From an uncultured Gammaproteobacteria bacterium (lineage in GTDB: Bacteria > Patescibacteriota > Microgenomatia > JAMCZE01), in NCBI GenBank assembly GCA_964641255.1, contig CAZXMM010000002.1:1-61140 (forward strand): a stretch of DNA of 61,140 bases. Direction: 5' to 3'. The first letter of the stretch is position 1, and each line of letters starts with the position of its first letter. The notes beneath the pieces were generated by a model. The model saw nothing but the letters and a program-made list of their open reading frames with translations, searched no databases and was not told the DNA's origin. This document shows positions 45,391 to 54,111 of this stretch, piece by piece. Position numbers and translations under genes: made by a program.

Positions 45391-47397
45391 TTAGAGTGTC
45401 TGATTGAAGTATTTGGCAAAGCAGGCAAAGTCGACCATATTGATGGCGCCGTCGCCGTTACAATCTTGGCAGCTGGGATTATCTTTATCAGGACAGGCTG
45501 CGACTTTACAAGTAGCGTTTGGCCTTATACAACCGTCCCTGTTGGTACCGACTCCAATGACTTTTTGACAGGCACTATTTACGCAGGCCAGATAAAATTC
45601 TTCAGTGGTGTCGCCCCCGTTGTTATTGCCACTTCCTTCCTCAATACAGGTGGCTCCAGCGACTTTGTTAGCACAAGTGGGGCTATCAGCTGTAGCCGTG
45701 GTGGAGAGCTGACAGGTATTATTGGTGCCGCAAACTAAAAAGCCACTAGCAGGAGGAGGGGTTGTGTCACAACTCGCACCCTGGGTTTTACCGACACAGA
45801 GTGGATCGTCAGTAGTGGCAGTGGTGGACGGTTGACAAGCATTGCTAGAACAAATTAGCCTGGCAGTGGGTGGGGTACAAGTAGCTCCTGGAGTTTGGCA
45901 CTCGTCAGTACCAATTCCTGAGACTACCGTACAGGCATTATTTAAACAGGCTTTATGACTGGGGCTACTACTACAAGTACTGCCGGCGACGGCACAGGAG
46001 TCGGTGCCGGGGCCGTTGACCACCGTACAACTATTATTGCGACATTCTTTGTGGGTGGTACTTGAACCACAGCTTTGACCTATCGCTGTACACTGATTGC
46101 TACCAGCGCCCGCCACCCGCACACAGGCATCATTAATACACTCGTTATGACTGTCGGTTAGGCCACAAGTGCTGCCGCTGGGAGCACACTGGTCAGCTCC
46201 AGCTCCATCAACTTCGGTGCAAGCATTATTCACGCACTCGTTATGCTTGTTGGCATTACCGCAGGCGCTCCCTGGGGTAGCACATTGACTACTACCAGTG
46301 CCGGGGACACTAACACAGGCGTCGCTGACACAAATATTGTGAGAATTAGCCCCACAAGAGATACCAACTGGAGTACACTGGTCGGTTCCAGCTCCGGCCA
46401 CTTGGGTACAGGCATTATTGACACATTCATTATGTTTGGTACTGTCGCCGCAGCTTTCTCCGACTTCTTCACAGCTGTCAGTTCCCGGTCCCGCTACTTC
46501 AGTACAGGCGTTACTGACACAGACAGTATGGCTAGTTTGGGTAGGGTCAATAACTTCGATGGTGGCAGAACACTTTTCCGATCTTTGGTTGCCGTCTTTG
46601 ACCACGCCGCTAATTTCAAAGACGCCGGCGGTAGTAAAGGTGTGGGTCAAATTTTTCTTGGCCCCCGAATATTCCTGGCCCTCAATCGTAAAGATGTATT
46701 CCAGATTTTTAGCTTTAGTGGCCGGGATACCCACCATGGTGGCGGTAGCACTCAGGTTGGGCAAATTACCAAAACTGGGGTTGACTGTCAGTTCGTCGCA
46801 GACTGGTTCGGGAGCGCTGCTGGCCGCCCGGATGACATAGTTGGCGTTTTTAATTACGGCCGCGTCCATGACGTTCTCTCCCTTTTTAGTCGTTTTTAGG
46901 AAAGATTGGGTTTGGTCAACAGTAACATTGGTAGCGTTAGTCGTGGTCGCTTTTCCGCGCAGGACAAAAGTAAAAAGAACTCCGCCCGCAAAAGTTTGTT
47001 TTTTGGCTAACTTGGTTTGAACGATGATGGTGCCGGTAGCGTTAGCTTCTTTAGCAGTCGATTTTTTAACAATCTTGCCGAGTTTTTTAGCGTCGATTTT
47101 TGGTTCTCCCACCACTTTGAGATAAGTCTTGTCAAATTTGATGACGATTTTTGTGCTATTAACCGGTTTTTTAGTCGACAGCAGGACACTGACGTTAATA
47201 TTTTTCTTCGCGGCTGTATTGGAGGTTTTGGGAGTAATCTCCACGACTGTATCGGCAGCCGCTTGGGAGAAGAAAGAAATCCGGTCTTTAAAGAAAAAGG
47301 TGGTGCCAACGATGGCAATGGCTATAACGGGAAGGATAGTGACTATTAAGAGAAGTTTAAGATTGCGAAAAAGATTCACTCTCTCAGTATTTCGCAA
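45391..47397 (-). CDS. secreted modular protein: cohesin-like domain, PKD-like domain, ~10 four-Cys modules, dockerin-like C-terminus
   Basis: N-terminal anchor LLLIVTILPVIAIAIVG. Cohesin-like VVEITPKTS...VLFTFVLRGKA. PKD-like CDELTVNPSFG...THTFTTAGVFEISGVVKDGN. Tandem HNECVNNACTQVAGAGTDQCTPVGISCG-type units (+ strand about 45470-46533). The end reads CQDCNGDGAINMVDFACFAKYF. Confidence 0.75.
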   Translation of the reverse strand: MRNTERVNLFRNLKLLLIVTILPVIAIAIVGTTFFFKDRISFFSQAAADTVVEITPKTSNTAAKKNINVSVLLSTKKPVNSTKIVIKFDKTYLKVVGEPKIDAKKLGKIVKKSTAKEANATGTIIVQTKLAKKQTFAGGVLFTFVLRGKATTTNATNVTVDQTQSFLKTTKKGENVMDAAVIKNANYVIRAASSAPEPVCDELTVNPSFGNLPNLSATATMVGIPATKAKNLEYIFTIEGQEYSGAKKNLTHTFTTAGVFEISGVVKDGNQRSEKCSATIEVIDPTQTSHTVCVSNACTEVAGPGTDSCEEVGESCGDSTKHNECVNNACTQVAGAGTDQCTPVGISCGANSHNICVSDACVSVPGTGSSQCATPGSACGNANKHNECVNNACTEVDGAGADQCAPSGSTCGLTDSHNECINDACVRVAGAGSNQCTAIGQSCGSSTTHKECRNNSCTVVNGPGTDSCAVAGSTCSSSPSHKACLNNACTVVSGIGTDECQTPGATCTPPTARLICSSNACQPSTTATTDDPLCVGKTQGASCDTTPPPASGFLVCGTNNTCQLSTTATADSPTCANKVAGATCIEEGSGNNNGGDTTEEFYLACVNSACQKVIGVGTNRDGCIRPNATCKVAACPDKDNPSCQDCNGDGAINMVDFACFAKYFNQTL

Positions 47398-47410
47398 TTG
47401 GGCAGTAATG

Positions 47411-47656
47411 TCAACGACTACCCGAACAATTGTCCTTGGTTGGATTAGCGCTTGTTGTCATGATTACCTGTTGCCGGTTTTGAGCAAGTAGTACTAACTT
47501 TTCGAATTCATTACATACAGTTATGGCACTAATCACATACGCAGATATTTGCTGTGAATTATTTGAACTCTGGATCATACGAGCGAATTCACAAGGTTTC
47601 CCTGAAACACCACAAATACATTTTTGACTATTTACTTCTGTACCTACTGTATTCAT
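47411..47656 (-). CDS. small hypothetical protein upstream of the modular protein gene
   Basis: 81-aa ORF ending 13 nt before the downstream start. Confidence 0.3.
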   Translation of the reverse strand: MNTVGTEVNSQKCICGVSGKPCEFARMIQSSNNSQQISAYVISAITVCNEFEKLVLLAQNRQQVIMTTSANPTKDNCSGSR

Positions 47657-47697
47657 GAGAATCTGATTTTCTCATTTTTCCCTAAATTTGTCCATCC

Positions 47698-48126
47698 TTG
47701 ATCACCTATAGTATAATTAGGGCAGATATGATTTCTAAAACTGAGAGTTTAGCCTTTCCCCAAAGACAGATCCCTCGGGGCGTGGAAGTCTTTGGCAGTC
47801 CCACGTTGGGGAATCTCGCTTTGGTGCCGGCACGAGCGGATGATACTGTAGATTACAACGTTCGCGATGGTCAAGATAAGCTGGTCTGTGGTTTGAAAAG
47901 TTTCGGGGCCAGAGGAGGCTCTGTTCGGATTTCTCAATCTTCAGAGGAAATACATATTCTTTCAGATTTACCTGTAGGGGTGGGGGAAGTTCGACTAATA
48001 TCGAGAGGGGGGAAACTACCAGTGATGTTTGTTATAGGAGATGCAACGGACAGCATTACTGTTGTGACTCTCACTCCTAGAGATTGGGTTCTTTTGCTGT
48101 CTGGACTGAGAAACGCAATAAAGTAA
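47698..48126 (+). CDS. hypothetical protein
   Basis: 142-aa ORF with no motif. Confidence 0.35.
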   Translation: MITYSIIRADMISKTESLAFPQRQIPRGVEVFGSPTLGNLALVPARADDTVDYNVRDGQDKLVCGLKSFGARGGSVRISQSSEEIHILSDLPVGVGEVRLISRGGKLPVMFVIGDATDSITVVTLTPRDWVLLLSGLRNAIK

Positions 48127-48218
48127 CACGCCACTGCTTCTTTTACAAAATTACGCTCCTTAGCGACCAATGAAGAGATCTCAGATCTAGCAGAGTTGCT
48201 ATCTGTTAAGATGTCCTC

Positions 48219-49520
48219 ATGGGAAAAAGGGTAGCGAGTACTTTTGTTTGCCAACAGTGTGGTTACCAGTCGCCAGCATTTTTAGGGCGCTGTCCCAGCT
48301 GTCAGGCTTGGAATAGTTTGGTGGAAACACTCGAGGATACAAGGGCGGTCAGAAATCAGCGGCCTAATCCTACTACTAGTCGCCCGGTTAAGTTGGCTGA
48401 AATTTCCAACACCGTGCTTACTCGGCAGACTACAGGAATTACCGAATTGGATTTGGTGTTGGGGGGCGGGGTGGTGCCTGGCATGGTTACCCTTCTCACT
48501 GGCGAGCCGGGGATCGGCAAATCTACTCTTCTGTTAGATTTGGCTGCCAATTGGCCCGACCCAGTCTTATACGTGGCTGGAGAAGAAAGTGCCAGTCAGA
48601 TTAAACTTCGGGCGCAGCGACTGGGGATCACTTCTAACAAGATTATCATTTTAGAAGCAACAGACGTCGATGCTATTACTGAACAAGTCAGTCAGTTGGC
48701 CACCGTCAGTCTCATTATTGTTGATTCAGTCCAAACCCTCACGACTGGGGATTTAGCTGGCATGGCGGGGACGGTGGGCCAGGTGCGGGAGTGCAGTGCC
48801 AGGCTGATTGCGGCGGTCAAGCCGCGGGGGATCCCACTTTTTTTGGTGGGCCACGTCACTAAGGAGGGAACAATTGCCGGGCCCAAGGTGCTGGAGCACG
48901 CAGTGGACACTATCATCTTACTGGAAGGGGAAAAGTTTAGCCCCTTGCGGTTGGTGCGGAGCCAAAAAAACCGTTTTGGTCCCACAGATGAAGTGGGAGT
49001 GTTTGAGATGACAGAGGGGGGGTTTAAAGCAGCAGACGTGGCCAATTTAACTAATCTGACTACTTTGCCCAGTGGATCCGGTTCTTGTCTCACGGTGGCG
49101 CTGGAAGGTAGTCGGCCCATTCTTGTAGAGATTCAGGCTTTAGTGACTTCAACCCCACTGCCTAACCCTAGGCGGGTGGGAGCGGGGGTAAGTTACAATC
49201 GGTTACTAACGATAGTCGCAATACTACAAAAGCACTTAAACCTCCCACTTTACAAAGAAGATATTTACGTCAATGTGGCTGGGGGATTATCAGTAACTGA
49301 GCCGGCGGCCGATTTGGCTATTGCCCTGGCCATTATTTCTAGCTACCGCGATAAACCACTAGCTCCTCAAAGCTTGGCTATTGGCGAGCTTGATTTACTG
49401 GGCCACGTTCGCCCGGTGCAAAATGAAGACAAGCGTCTTAAAGAAGCCAAAAAATTGGGTCTGACCCATATTTTCTCCAGTAGCAATTTGCGCACCCTGT
49501 CCCAGTTTAGTCATAACTAA
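48219..49520 (+). CDS. radA: DNA repair protein RadA/Sms
   Basis: N-terminal zinc finger CQQCGYQSPAFLGRCPSCQAWNS, Walker A GEPGIGKSTLLL, KNRFGPTDE and a Lon-like C-terminal domain. Confidence 0.9.
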   Translation: MGKRVASTFVCQQCGYQSPAFLGRCPSCQAWNSLVETLEDTRAVRNQRPNPTTSRPVKLAEISNTVLTRQTTGITELDLVLGGGVVPGMVTLLTGEPGIGKSTLLLDLAANWPDPVLYVAGEESASQIKLRAQRLGITSNKIIILEATDVDAITEQVSQLATVSLIIVDSVQTLTTGDLAGMAGTVGQVRECSARLIAAVKPRGIPLFLVGHVTKEGTIAGPKVLEHAVDTIILLEGEKFSPLRLVRSQKNRFGPTDEVGVFEMTEGGFKAADVANLTNLTTLPSGSGSCLTVALEGSRPILVEIQALVTSTPLPNPRRVGAGVSYNRLLTIVAILQKHLNLPLYKEDIYVNVAGGLSVTEPAADLAIALAIISSYRDKPLAPQSLAIGELDLLGHVRPVQNEDKRLKEAKKLGLTHIFSSSNLRTLSQFSHN

Positions 49521-49931
49521 ACTGGTATTGACACCCAGAAAAGTTATAACCAAACCAGTAAGGGCTCCAAAATTTTCGATCCCCAAGTTATCCCCAAGAC
49601 CCTGAAACCAGTTCCTAGAGGGAAAAAGCTTGATTTAACAGTCTTCCCTTCTTTCAATTACTATGGGTAGTACCTATAGTTGGAGAGATGTTAACTACAG
49701 GACTTGACAAGTCTGATTTTGTGTTATACACTCCCAAACAGAGAAGGCAGTCTCTAAAAAAAGTTTATGGCCTACAAAGGTAAGTTTTGGAAAAAGATTC
49801 GAAGGTGGTTAGGGCAAAAAATGTTGTTGTCCCAGGGGGGCAGTCAAACTGCCGTTCTTAGTCAACAGGTCGGTAAGCTCTTAAAACAGAGGGGTAGCGA
49901 GCTCATCACGATGACCACGCTTTAAAAATTT

Positions 49932-50306
49932 ATGTCGGAAAACTTTGTAAGATATCTAGATATGGCTATTGCTAGTGCTGCAGGAGGGCGGGGAGGAAAT
50001 ACTTTTTCGGCTCTGGCGGATCCTCGGGGAACTGGTGATTCAGTTCTTACGTCTGTGACTACTCGCGGACTTGGTGATGTGGCTGATCTTATTCAGGCTA
50101 ACCGACCCTTTTTGCAGGTGGTACAGGTTGTTGAGACGGTTAGGAGTGGTAGGAGAAGTGTGTTTAATGTCCTTGACTGTATTCATAGGTTGCCAAATGA
50201 GGGGGAAGCACAAAGACTTCTCCTTACAAGGGAGCAATTTTTAGGTTCTAGTTTTCAAATCGCTAGATCTCGTAGAAGTCGAAGTGGATCGGGTAATCGT
50301 AGATAA
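49932..50306 (+). CDS. hypothetical protein
   Basis: 124-aa ORF. TTGACA-17-TACACT lies at 49704-49732 upstream, with a 52-codon ORF (49767-49925) in between. Confidence 0.3.
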   Translation: MSENFVRYLDMAIASAAGGRGGNTFSALADPRGTGDSVLTSVTTRGLGDVADLIQANRPFLQVVQVVETVRSGRRSVFNVLDCIHRLPNEGEAQRLLLTREQFLGSSFQIARSRRSRSGSGNRR

Positions 50307-50551
50307 ATTTCACAAGTTAATAATAAAAACGCAAAAAGCATCACTTCCGCAGCCTGAGTGTCTCGAAAAGTGATGCTCAATTTGGTTTTTGATTTCTAGG
50401 CAGTAGAAATCAAAAACACATAAGTCTATTGATAGTGGATCAGAAGACAATTGTCAAATTGTTTTTCACGGTCAAATTCAAGACTTTAGCCTAGATTAAC
50501 GGTCATTATTTAGTACGGTTTTAACAGCCATACTTGGGGTGGTGCAAATGA

Positions 50552-52525
50552 GTGGTATTAGACAAGATTTTCAAGGTTGCCCATAAAATTGCCCAGACTT
50601 GGAAAGAATGGGAAGTGTTTGCTCCTCGCGTGCTTCTGGCTCTGATCGGCTTCGCCCTCTTGACTCTTTTCGTCCAGCTGTCACTGTCTACTTCTCGGGC
50701 GGCTAACTACTTCGGAGTCATAATTGAGCAGCCCATTCAGTCCAATGCTGAGGGTAGTGAGGCGGAAATGAATCTGCGTTTCACCAATGAAAATGATAGC
50801 GATGCGACCATTGTTGTTGTCAAAGCTAGGTGGAAGTGTAAGAAGCCGGGGCCAGCATATGGATCGGCCGTAATTACTTGTACTGAGACTAAGGTGGAGC
50901 CAGACGAGACCCAGACAATTGTGGTGGCTCCTGGGGATACTAAAAAAACCGGGAATTGGAAACAGCCAGTAGGAGGAACGGGTAATTGCGGAGCAGCTCA
51001 GGTAGATATGACTGTGACTATCAATGGACAAAGGACTCCAACAGATTTTTGGGGTGTAGCTTTCAAACCAAATAATTGTGAGGAGCCCAAATACACCTGT
51101 CAAAACAACGCCTGTCAACTATGTACTTCTGGAGACTGTAATACTAATAAGTGTAGTGGGCCAGGAGACCCGATTTGTAATACGGTCCAAACCCATTTTG
51201 AGTGTGATTCTGTCCAGGGAGCCTGTACTGGAGGACACCCTGGTCCTGGTGATAACGAAGCCCAGTGTAATGCTAAGTGTAAAAAGGTTGTTACTCACTA
51301 TAAGTGTAATGCCAACCAGACCTGTGCCCCCTTTACTTGTAACGAAGGTGATCCAGGTTGTTCGACGTCTTGTGATCGAAACGACCTTAACGCTTGTAAA
51401 AACCAAGTTACCAAGTACAAGTGTAATGCCAATAACTCTTGTGCTCCTTTCCAGTGTTATCCCGGGACTCCGGGTTGTGAAACGAGTTGTGATGTTAATA
51501 GTCCGGTTGCCTGTCAGGATCTAGTCACCAAGTATAAGTGTGACACTAATTTATCTTGTGCCCCTTTCCAGTGTTATCCGGGTACCCCTGGTTGTCTGAC
51601 GTCTTGTGATCGTTTTGATCCCTATGCCTGTCAGTCGACCGTGACTAAATATAAGTGTGATGCCAATGACACATGTGCCCCTTTCCAGTGTTATCCTGGG
51701 ACTCCAGGTTGCGTAACAAGTTGTGATCACAATAATCCTAACTCTTGTAAAACCCAGTCAGCAGTTTGTAACAGTTTGTCACTCAATCCTTCGGTTGGTA
51801 GTGACCCAGTCACCGTGACAGCCAATCTTAGTGGTCAAACTAACGGTGGAGGGTCGATTGTTGCCTATCGTTTTGCTTGGGGAGACGGGACGGAAACCGT
51901 TACTGGTAACTCTCAGACCACTCACACTTACAATATTCCGGGGACTTTCACTGTGGTTGGCTTTGTCAAAGACAACCTAGGCAACGAAGTGACTGACGTT
52001 AGTCGGTGTGTCAAAGAGGTGACTGTTAACTGTACTGATTGTACCGAGAAGACCCACGTGGAATGTATTAACAATCAGTGCCAAATCAGAAGTGGCGACG
52101 GCCCCCAGTCTTGTAGTTCTGACTGTGGTCAGGCGCACCACGTCTGTCGAAATGAGAGTTGCCAGTACATTGCCGGAGCTTTAAGAGACGGGGATGTTCT
52201 CTGCGCCAGTAATAAAGATTGTCAAAAAGACGAGTCAGAGCATTTGGAGTGTCGCAGCGGAGCTTGTACGATTGTAAAAGGAGCGGGATCCGATACTTGT
52301 TCCACTGATGCCAACTGTCAAACTAAGCCTACCCATACTGTCTGCCGGGATGAGGCGTGTATCACCCTCGCTGGCAGCGGTAAGAGTCAGTGTATCATGA
52401 GTTCCGATTGTGTCCGCACGGTAGTTTACGAGACTATTCCCAATACCGGCCCAGAAATGCCTATTCTTGGTGGCTTGTTTGGTAGTGGAATCTTGGGTTG
52501 GTTTATTAGAAAGCTCAAATTTTAG
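50552..52525 (+). CDS. cell-surface modular protein: six-Cys 39-aa repeats, PKD-like domain, four-Cys modules, LPXTG-like sorting signal
   Basis: N-terminal anchor. 4 x VTKYKC-x5-CAPFQCYPGTPGC-x-TSC-x7-C. PKD-like CNSLSLNPSVG...THTYNIPGTFTVVGFVKDNLGN. HVECINNQCQIRSGDGPQSC-type modules. The end reads IPNTGPEMPILGGLFGSGILGWFIRKLKF. Confidence 0.75.
   Translation: MVLDKIFKVAHKIAQTWKEWEVFAPRVLLALIGFALLTLFVQLSLSTSRAANYFGVIIEQPIQSNAEGSEAEMNLRFTNENDSDATIVVVKARWKCKKPGPAYGSAVITCTETKVEPDETQTIVVAPGDTKKTGNWKQPVGGTGNCGAAQVDMTVTINGQRTPTDFWGVAFKPNNCEEPKYTCQNNACQLCTSGDCNTNKCSGPGDPICNTVQTHFECDSVQGACTGGHPGPGDNEAQCNAKCKKVVTHYKCNANQTCAPFTCNEGDPGCSTSCDRNDLNACKNQVTKYKCNANNSCAPFQCYPGTPGCETSCDVNSPVACQDLVTKYKCDTNLSCAPFQCYPGTPGCLTSCDRFDPYACQSTVTKYKCDANDTCAPFQCYPGTPGCVTSCDHNNPNSCKTQSAVCNSLSLNPSVGSDPVTVTANLSGQTNGGGSIVAYRFAWGDGTETVTGNSQTTHTYNIPGTFTVVGFVKDNLGNEVTDVSRCVKEVTVNCTDCTEKTHVECINNQCQIRSGDGPQSCSSDCGQAHHVCRNESCQYIAGALRDGDVLCASNKDCQKDESEHLECRSGACTIVKGAGSDTCSTDANCQTKPTHTVCRDEACITLAGSGKSQCIMSSDCVRTVVYETIPNTGPEMPILGGLFGSGILGWFIRKLKF
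51290..51757 (+). repeat. four in-frame tandem repeats with an exact 117-bp period (coding)
   Basis: Unit starts at 51290, 51407, 51524 and 51641 (ACTCACTATAAGTG / ACCAAGTACAAGTG / ACCAAGTATAAGTG / ACTAAATATAAGTG). Units are diverged at synonymous and some non-synonymous sites. Confidence 0.8.
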
Positions 52526-52601
52526 TCTCTTTCTAGAGAGGGGTATACCGGTTGGGCAGGCCGGTGTATCCCTTTCTAGGAAGAATATTTCGTGTGACCC
52601 C

Positions 52602-52630
52602 TTGACAAGGATTTGATTGAGAGGATAATT
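52602..52630 (+). promoter_or_regulatory. sigma70-type promoter TTGACA-17-ATAATT upstream of rho
   Basis: TTGACA at 52602-52607, 17-nt spacer, ATAATT at 52625-52630. Confidence 0.5.
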
Positions 52631-52685
52631 AGTTTTAGATTAACCCCAGGAACAACTGTCCTTTTTCCGAAAAATTTGCAAATAT

Positions 52686-54062
52686 TTGGCTATGCCTCCC
52701 AGATTTAATTCCCGACGTAATAACAATTTTGGTTCCCAGCCTGCGGGCTCATTTCCGCGCCGGGGCTTTTCGCGTCCTCAGAGAACCCCTTTTGCCCACT
52801 CCAATACTACCGATAATGCCAATGTGGCCCGTTATGATCCCGAGGATTTGATTGGCATGCCGCCGCCTACCACGGGAGAGGGAGAGATGAATGCCGCTAG
52901 CTCTACTGGACCACAGCCCCAGCGCCTGCACGATCTGGAAGATAGTTCGATTCAGACTCTTGAGCTTAAGGGAGTACTAGATATTACCCCGGAGGGTCAT
53001 GGCTATTTGCGCCCCAAATTTATTCCCTCGGACAAAGACGTCTATATTTCTCTGTCCCAAATTCGCCGGTTTAACCTTAGGCCAGGCGATGTGGTCACTG
53101 GGGTGGGTCGGCCACCAAAAGAGTCGGAACGCTATTTTGGACTGCTGCGAGTGGATAGTGTCAATGATTTGCCAGCCGATCAGGCGATGAACCGGCCCAG
53201 CTTTGACGACCTAGTACCCATCTATCCCGATATTCAGCTCAAGCTCGAGACTGGCCCACTGCCTTTATCAACGCGGATTATTGATCTAGTCGCTCCCATT
53301 GGTCGGGGTCAGCGGGGACTGATCGTGTCACCGCCTAAAGCTGGCAAAACTTGGTTACTCAAAGAGATCGCCAATGGTATTACTACCAACTATCCCGACT
53401 TTCATTTGATGGTGGCTCTGGTGGGGGAACGGCCGGAGGAAGTCACTGATATTAGTCGGGGGACCAAGGGCGAAGTGATTGCTAGTAATTTTGACCAATC
53501 GCCGGTGGAGCAGGTACGGGTGGCCGAAGTAACCATGGAGCGAGCCAAAAGACTGGTGGAGATGGGCAAAAATGTGGTTGTGCTACTCGATTCGATTACT
53601 AGACTGGCTCGGGCCTACAATTTGGCGATGCCCTCTTCTGGTCGCACCCTCTCAGGGGGGTTTGACCCCTCCGCTCTGTTCCCACCTAAAAAATTTCTGG
53701 GAGCCGCCCGCTGTGTCGAAGAGGGTGGGTCATTAACCATTATTGGAACTGCCTTAGTCGAGACCGACTCGCGGATGGATGATCTCATTTATGAAGAGTT
53801 TAAGGGTACCGGTAACATGGAGCTCCATCTGGACCGCAAACTGGCGGAGAGGCGGATCTACCCGGCCATTGATATTGGCAGAAGTGGCACGCGCAATTTT
53901 GAGCGCTTGGTCAGCCCAGAGAGGCTCAAACAACTTGATACTTTGATTCGGATGATTCACTTACTTAATGATTCGGAGCGCACCGAGGTGCTAATTGAAC
54001 GGCTCACTAAGACTAAGAGCAATGAAGAATTTCTAGAGACCTTAAGTGCCGGTGGAGTCTAG
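52686..54062 (+). CDS. rho: transcription termination factor Rho with an Arg/Asn/Pro-rich N-terminal extension
   Basis: RPGDVVTG in the OB/RNA-binding region, Walker A GQRGLIVSPPKAGKT, LDSITRLARAYN and GTALVETDSRMDD. ATG at 52692 is the likely start. Confidence 0.9.
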   Translation: MAMPPRFNSRRNNNFGSQPAGSFPRRGFSRPQRTPFAHSNTTDNANVARYDPEDLIGMPPPTTGEGEMNAASSTGPQPQRLHDLEDSSIQTLELKGVLDITPEGHGYLRPKFIPSDKDVYISLSQIRRFNLRPGDVVTGVGRPPKESERYFGLLRVDSVNDLPADQAMNRPSFDDLVPIYPDIQLKLETGPLPLSTRIIDLVAPIGRGQRGLIVSPPKAGKTWLLKEIANGITTNYPDFHLMVALVGERPEEVTDISRGTKGEVIASNFDQSPVEQVRVAEVTMERAKRLVEMGKNVVVLLDSITRLARAYNLAMPSSGRTLSGGFDPSALFPPKKFLGAARCVEEGGSLTIIGTALVETDSRMDDLIYEEFKGTGNMELHLDRKLAERRIYPAIDIGRSGTRNFERLVSPERLKQLDTLIRMIHLLNDSERTEVLIERLTKTKSNEEFLETLSAGGV

Positions 54063-54111
54063 AGAGTAGAGTTGACCGCTTCTTATTACAATAGTAAAAT
54101 TACTCCCACAC

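Noticed and set aside
45289-47491. Long antisense or off-frame ORFs (up to 218 aa) opposite the 45391..47397 gene
   Set aside because: These are shadow frames of a repetitive Cys/Thr/Gly-rich gene. The minus-strand frame has the anchor, domains and repeats; the others are low-complexity.
50681-51524. ORFs 50681..51118(-), 51078..51524(+) and 51119..51406(-) overlapping the 50552..52525 gene
   Set aside because: Shadow frames within the tandem-repeat region.
51290-51757. Regular 117-bp repeats considered as a possible CRISPR-like array
   Set aside because: The units are contiguous with no spacers, in frame, and encode a conserved Cys motif. No cas genes are present.
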